Source: Alistipes sp.
GTDB lineage: Bacteria; Bacteroidota; Bacteroidia; Bacteroidales; Rikenellaceae
DNA: 64,000 nt
Assembly: GCA_017938765.1 (NCBI GenBank)
Contig: JAGBAX010000028.1
Coordinates: 190,490-254,489, forward strand
Reading direction: 5' to 3'
This document shows, one piece after another, positions 59,546-64,000 of this stretch. The translations under genes and the position numbers were made by a program. Each line of letters starts with the position of its first letter. Positions within the stretch are counted from its first letter, which is position 1. Under the pieces are notes generated by a model that was given only the letters and a program-made list of their open reading frames with translations, did no database searches and was not told the origin of the DNA.

Positions 59546-61389
59546 TTATAGTGTTAAATCAAACTTATTTATAAACATCTTTACTCCACGAGGGTTAATA
59601 TCCTCAATAAACTGATACCTATCCTCAATCTTCACTGGTAACAGTTTTACCTCCACCTCGTTCAGCACCACATTAAGCTCCAGACGGCCATCTACTTTCG
59701 CCTCGCGAGCAATAATCTCACAAATCTCTGTGCGTGAATCGTTTAGGTCAGTCTCAAGCACCGCCGTCGGAGCCTCAACTGTTATAACATTGCCCGAAAT
59801 TGCCACATTGCTAAAGGCTACATTAAAACGGGGATGGGCTCTGAGTACCGCCTCCACAAAGGCCTGCTGACTGCTCAGCAACTTCTCCTCACTCTGGGGG
59901 TCAATCTTCACCGTTCCGTCATCGGACGCCGCCTGCGTTGAGCGTGGTCGCTCCTTGTTGAGCGAACTTATAACCTTGTCTAAACTACCTATATCAAAAT
60001 TACCGCGAATCTTACTCTGCGGCAGAACTACCACCTGTCGTGGCTCATCCATAACCTTTTCCTGCTGCTGTGCCACCTGCTGAACAGACTGCGCTACTGG
60101 CTGAACATTCTGCACAACAGACTGCACTACTGGTTGCGCCACCTGCTGAACACTCTGCCCCTCTGGTTGCCCTACCGGCTGTGCCACCTGCCCTACTGGT
60201 TGCCCCACCTGTGCCACTGGTGTTGCGGTGGCTATAGGAGTGCCCCCAATGGTTGGCAGGGGGAAGGCTGCGGTTATAAAGTCGTCGGCGTCAAAGTTTT
60301 TTTTTTACTCAGCTCAGCGATTTTCATCAGCGTGAGCTCCACGAGTAGCCTCTGACTTGAGGCGGCACGGATTGCACCATCGGCGGCTGCAAGCAGAGAT
60401 ATCGCTCCAAAGAGCAGCTCCGTATCACACTGCGCCCCCTGCTCACGATAGCGAGAGAGTAGCGAGCCTGTGAACTCCGTCAGAGCCTCGGCATTACTCT
60501 TTGTAACGAGCAAGTCTCGCATATGCTGACTCAGTCCACTCATAAAGAGCTGACCCGAAAATCCTCTTGACAGAACATTATCAAAGACCAACAACGCATT
60601 TATATAATCTCCTGCGCGCAGATAATCCACAACAGTAAAATAAGTGTCATAGTCCAACACATTGAGCGTAGCTGCAACAGCCTTATACTGAAGCGTAGTG
60701 CCACAGAAAGAGACAGCCTTGTCAAACATCGACAGCGCATCGCGCATACCGCCATCTGCCTTCTGCGCAATGAGCGACAGCGACTCATCATCCGCCGTAA
60801 CGCCCTCACTACTTGCAATATACTTCAGATACTCAACCGCATCCTCAACACGAATACGATTAAAGTCATAAATCTGACAACGCGAGAGAATTGTCGGTAT
60901 AATCTTGTGCTTTTCGGTCGTTGCAAGGATAAAAATAGCGTGCTGTGGAGGCTCCTCAAGAGTCTTCAGGAAGGCATTGAAGGCCGCCTGCGAGAGCATA
61001 TGCACCTCATCAATGATAAATACAGAGTAGTGCCCCACCTGCGGGATTATTCTCACCTGCTCTATTAGGGCGCGAATATCCTCCACAGAGTTGTTTGATG
61101 CAGCATCTAACTCGTGAATATTGAGCGAGCGACCCTCGTTAAAAGTACGACAAGAGTCACACTCATTACACGCCTCTGCGCCATTTGGACTGAGGCAATT
61201 TATCGCCTTAGCAAATATTCGGGCACAAGTAGTCTTACCCACGCCTCTTGGACCACAAAATAGGTAAGCGTGTGCCAACTGATTTCTCTCAATAGCATTC
61301 TTGAGGGTAGAGGTGATATGCTTCTGCCCCACTACCGACGCAAATGTCGCCGGACGATACTTTCGCGCTGATACAATAAACTGCTCCAT
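59546..61389 (-). CDS. dnaX: DNA polymerase III gamma/tau, split by a -1 frame change at an A10 run
   Basis: Zero frame 61389-60274 (371 aa: [14 protein letters not shown], Cys zinc motif, DEVH, SRC); the -1 frame is open from the A10 run (60297-60306) to 59546. Confidence 0.93.
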
Positions 61390-61397
61390 ATACCCCG

Positions 61398-61517
61398 CAA
61401 AGGTAGAAAAAAAATGCGGTATACGCAAATTATTTATGGTGGGATTATATAATAATCACCTGCGACAAATAATAGTCAAAAGTAAATTTGTGAAATCACA
61501 AAATATTGCTACCTTTG
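61398..61517. promoter_or_regulatory. Divergent promoters for dnaX and the lysE-cmk-ispH operon
   Basis: TACCTTTG on minus (61398-61405) and on plus (61510-61517). Confidence 0.65.
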
Positions 61518-61525
61518 CGTTGATT

Positions 61526-62188
61526 ATGCTTATTACAATTTTGGAGATATTACTGCGCGGATTTGCAGTGGGTATGGCGGCATCTATCACGGTGGGTCCT
61601 GTGGCTGTGTTGTGTATACAGCGCACGCTTAGCAAGACTACTCGTGCGGGCGTTTTTTCTGGTTTGGGCGTTGCTTGTGCCGACACTCTTATGGCCATTA
61701 TCGCCTACTTCTTCTTTGCCATGATGCAGGCACAGATAGAGAAGTATAGCCACCTACTGAGCATTGTCGGCGGCATTTTTGTTGTTATTGTCGGTGTTTA
61801 TATCTTCTTTCAGAACCCAGTTCCGCAGATTCGTCGTAATCGTGCTGGAAACACTACGCTCTGGAAGGATTTTGCCTCAATGTTCGGCTTTACAATTGCC
61901 AATTTTGTTGTCGTTATTCCATATATCCTCGCCTTTTTTGCTATGTTTGGCGTAGGTGCTGAAGGCGATATCCGCGACACATCGTCCCTTGTTCGTGGCA
62001 CCTTTACTATTCTTGGTTTCTTTGGTGGTGCATGCGCATGGTGGACAACGCTGACCCTTGTAATCAGCCTCTTCCGTCGCAAGTTCCGTCCGCGACATAT
62101 GCTTACTATAAATCACGTTGCAGGCATTATTGTTGGTCTGCTCGGACTATATACAATACTTTCAATATTTATTAGCAACAATGGATAG
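61526..62188 (+). CDS. LysE-family transporter
   Basis: GPVAVLCIQRTL..G..SGLGVACAD; about 6 TM; start placed at ATG 61526. Confidence 0.88.
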   Translation: MLITILEILLRGFAVGMAASITVGPVAVLCIQRTLSKTTRAGVFSGLGVACADTLMAIIAYFFFAMMQAQIEKYSHLLSIVGGIFVVIVGVYIFFQNPVPQIRRNRAGNTTLWKDFASMFGFTIANFVVVIPYILAFFAMFGVGAEGDIRDTSSLVRGTFTILGFFGGACAWWTTLTLVISLFRRKFRPRHMLTINHVAGIIVGLLGLYTILSIFISNNG

Positions 62189-62882
62189 AGACTCTCGCAA
62201 GATAGTAATCGCCTTGGATGGACACTCTTCGTGTGGTAAGAGCACCTTTGCAAAGGCGATAGCAGCCCGCTTGGGCTATATTTTTATTGACACAGGCGCG
62301 ATGTACCGCTCTGTAACCCTCTACGCCCTTGAGAATGGCGGCATTGTGGATGGCATTGTGGACGAAGATGCTATTGTGGCACTTCTTGACCAGATAGAGA
62401 TCACCTTCCGCTTCAACCCCACTCGCGGGGCAAGTGACATATATGTCAATGGCGAGCTTGTAGAGGGCAAGATTCGCACTATTGAGGTTAGCAACTTCGT
62501 CAGTGCTGTCAGCTCTATTGCCGCTGTTCGCACAAAGCTCGTAGCCATGCAGCAGCAGATGGGTCGCAAGCGAGGCGTTGTTATGGATGGCCGAGATATC
62601 GGCACCGTTGTCTTTCCCGATGCAGAGCTGAAGATATTTATGACCGCCGAGCCTAAGGTACGCGCCGAGCGCCGCTATGCCGAGCTGAAGGCTAAGGGCG
62701 ACGATGTATGCTTTGAGGAGATTCTTGAGAATGTTATCGCCCGCGATAAGGCGGACTCCACCCGCGCCATATCTCCACTTCGCAAGGCCGACGATGCTAT
62801 TGTGCTGGATAATAGCTATATGACCGTTGAGCAGCAGATGGAGTGGTTTGATGCTCAACTTGCCAGAGTTCTTAGCCTATGA
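62181..62882 (+). CDS. cmk: Cytidylate kinase
   Basis: DGHSSCGKST, DTGAMYR, DGRDIGTVVFPDA. Confidence 0.96.
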   Translation: MDRDSRKIVIALDGHSSCGKSTFAKAIAARLGYIFIDTGAMYRSVTLYALENGGIVDGIVDEDAIVALLDQIEITFRFNPTRGASDIYVNGELVEGKIRTIEVSNFVSAVSSIAAVRTKLVAMQQQMGRKRGVVMDGRDIGTVVFPDAELKIFMTAEPKVRAERRYAELKAKGDDVCFEEILENVIARDKADSTRAISPLRKADDAIVLDNSYMTVEQQMEWFDAQLARVLSL

Positions 62883-63739
62883 GGGTCACTGTAGATAGCC
62901 ATTCGGGCTTCTGTCACGGCGTTGTGCGAGCTATTTCAGAGGCTGAGAGCGCAATTAAGAAGTGGGGCGGTGTGAGTTGTCTGGGTGATATTGTCCACAA
63001 CCGCATAGAGGTGCAACGCCTTGAGGCTCTGGGTCTTAAGACTATACACCACGACCAGATAAACACTCTTAACGAGGGTAGCCACCTGCTTATCCGCGCA
63101 CATGGAGAACCACCTGCAACATACGCCCTTGCAAAGAGTTGCGGTGTGGAGATTATAGATGCCACCTGCCCCGTTGTTGCGGCACTGCAACGCCGTGTAA
63201 AGCGCGCCTATGAGCAGATGCAACAGTGTGGAGGACAACTTGTTATCCTTGGCAAGCACGGACATGCCGAGGTTGTGGGTCTTATTGGTCAGGTTGGTGG
63301 CGATGCGGTTGTTATTGAGAGCGAGGCGGAGGTTAATGCTATAGACTTTAGCCGACCAGTCTACCTACTCTCGCAGACCACGCAGTCTGTAGCCCTCTTT
63401 GAGCGGGTCTGCCGAGCTATAGAGAGCAATCTTGCTGCGGGGTGTACCTTTACGGCAGACGATACAATCTGTCGCCGCGTCTCATCTCGCGAGGAGCACC
63501 TCAGAGAGTTTGCCAGCAGTAACGATGTTGTTATCTTTGTCTGTGGTCGCAAGAGCAGCAACGGCAAGGTACTATATAATATATGTCTTGAGGAGAATCC
63601 TCGCTCCTACAATATCGAGGAGGCGTCAGAGCTACTTCCAGAGTGGTTTTCTGGTGCAGAGAGCGTGGGCGTATGCGGAGCAACCTCTACCCCACTATGG
63701 TTAATGGAGAGTGTAGCAAAACAAATTGAGAAGTTATGA
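62879..63739 (+). CDS. ispH: HMBPP reductase
   Basis: GFCHGV, IVHN, RAHG, DATCP, QTT, TIC, SSN, GATSTP. Confidence 0.96.
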   Translation: MRVTVDSHSGFCHGVVRAISEAESAIKKWGGVSCLGDIVHNRIEVQRLEALGLKTIHHDQINTLNEGSHLLIRAHGEPPATYALAKSCGVEIIDATCPVVAALQRRVKRAYEQMQQCGGQLVILGKHGHAEVVGLIGQVGGDAVVIESEAEVNAIDFSRPVYLLSQTTQSVALFERVCRAIESNLAAGCTFTADDTICRRVSSREEHLREFASSNDVVIFVCGRKSSNGKVLYNICLEENPRSYNIEEASELLPEWFSGAESVGVCGATSTPLWLMESVAKQIEKL

Positions 63740-64000
63740 AAAAGTATCTATTGAGAAGTCTGAAATATTTTCTTACTTTGTGCGTTCTACTTGTGGCACT
63801 GATATGGATAAAGATTAAGTACGAGGATTTGCCGGTAACCTACCTTCAGATGCTTGAGATATACTTCAGCCAGTGGAATGGCTGGGCTATGGCGGCAACA
63901 ATCGTTCTGTTGAGCGCGACATATCCTCTCTTTGGCTTTGTCCGCCGTAGTGTCAGCGCAGATATTACTGCCGACCGCCAGCAGATTGAGGCAGCAATGG
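63736..64000 (+). CDS. Hypothetical membrane protein (partial, runs off window)
   Basis: ATGA overlap with the ispH stop; open frame MKKYLLRSLKYF...TYPLFGF with 2 hydrophobic segments. Confidence 0.7.
   Translation, partial: MKKYLLRSLKYFLTLCVLLVALIWIKIKYEDLPVTYLQMLEIYFSQWNGWAMAATIVLLSATYPLFGFVRRSVSADITADRQQIEAAM

Noticed and set aside
59546-60217. Stand-alone 223-aa gene or dnaX pseudogene
   Set aside because: The GTG start lies inside a repeat linker, the frame is open back to the A10 run, and dnaX is essential, so recoding fits better.

Overview
A housekeeping-rich chromosomal segment. TAnnTTTG promoters, gene content and AT-rich starts with no obvious Shine-Dalgarno point to a Bacteroidota genome, probably Rikenellaceae/Alistipes-like (inference). 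It carries about 50 CDS, including rsmA, metK with a SAM-II riboswitch, catalase, der, mnmA, mdh, dapD, lysC, a partial dcw cluster, exbB/exbD, polA, sppA, fba, tyrS, dnaX, cmk and ispH, plus three tRNAs (Gln-CTG, Leu-CAG, Cys-GCA). No integrase, transposase, prophage or CRISPR array is visible. The unusual signals are mostly non-coding. (1) A 205-255 bp multi-branched element occurs three times, always between convergent genes, with compensatory base changes and C-GNA-G loops. (2) Two ERIC-sized (125-129 bp) palindrome families are present. (3) Inverted heptamer-repeat arms and tRNA-3'-end-linked repeats are present. In coding sequence, dnaX needs a -1 slip at an A10 run to make full-length tau, a lipoprotein plus secreted toxin-type nuclease pair has no immunity gene, and DprA is degenerate.
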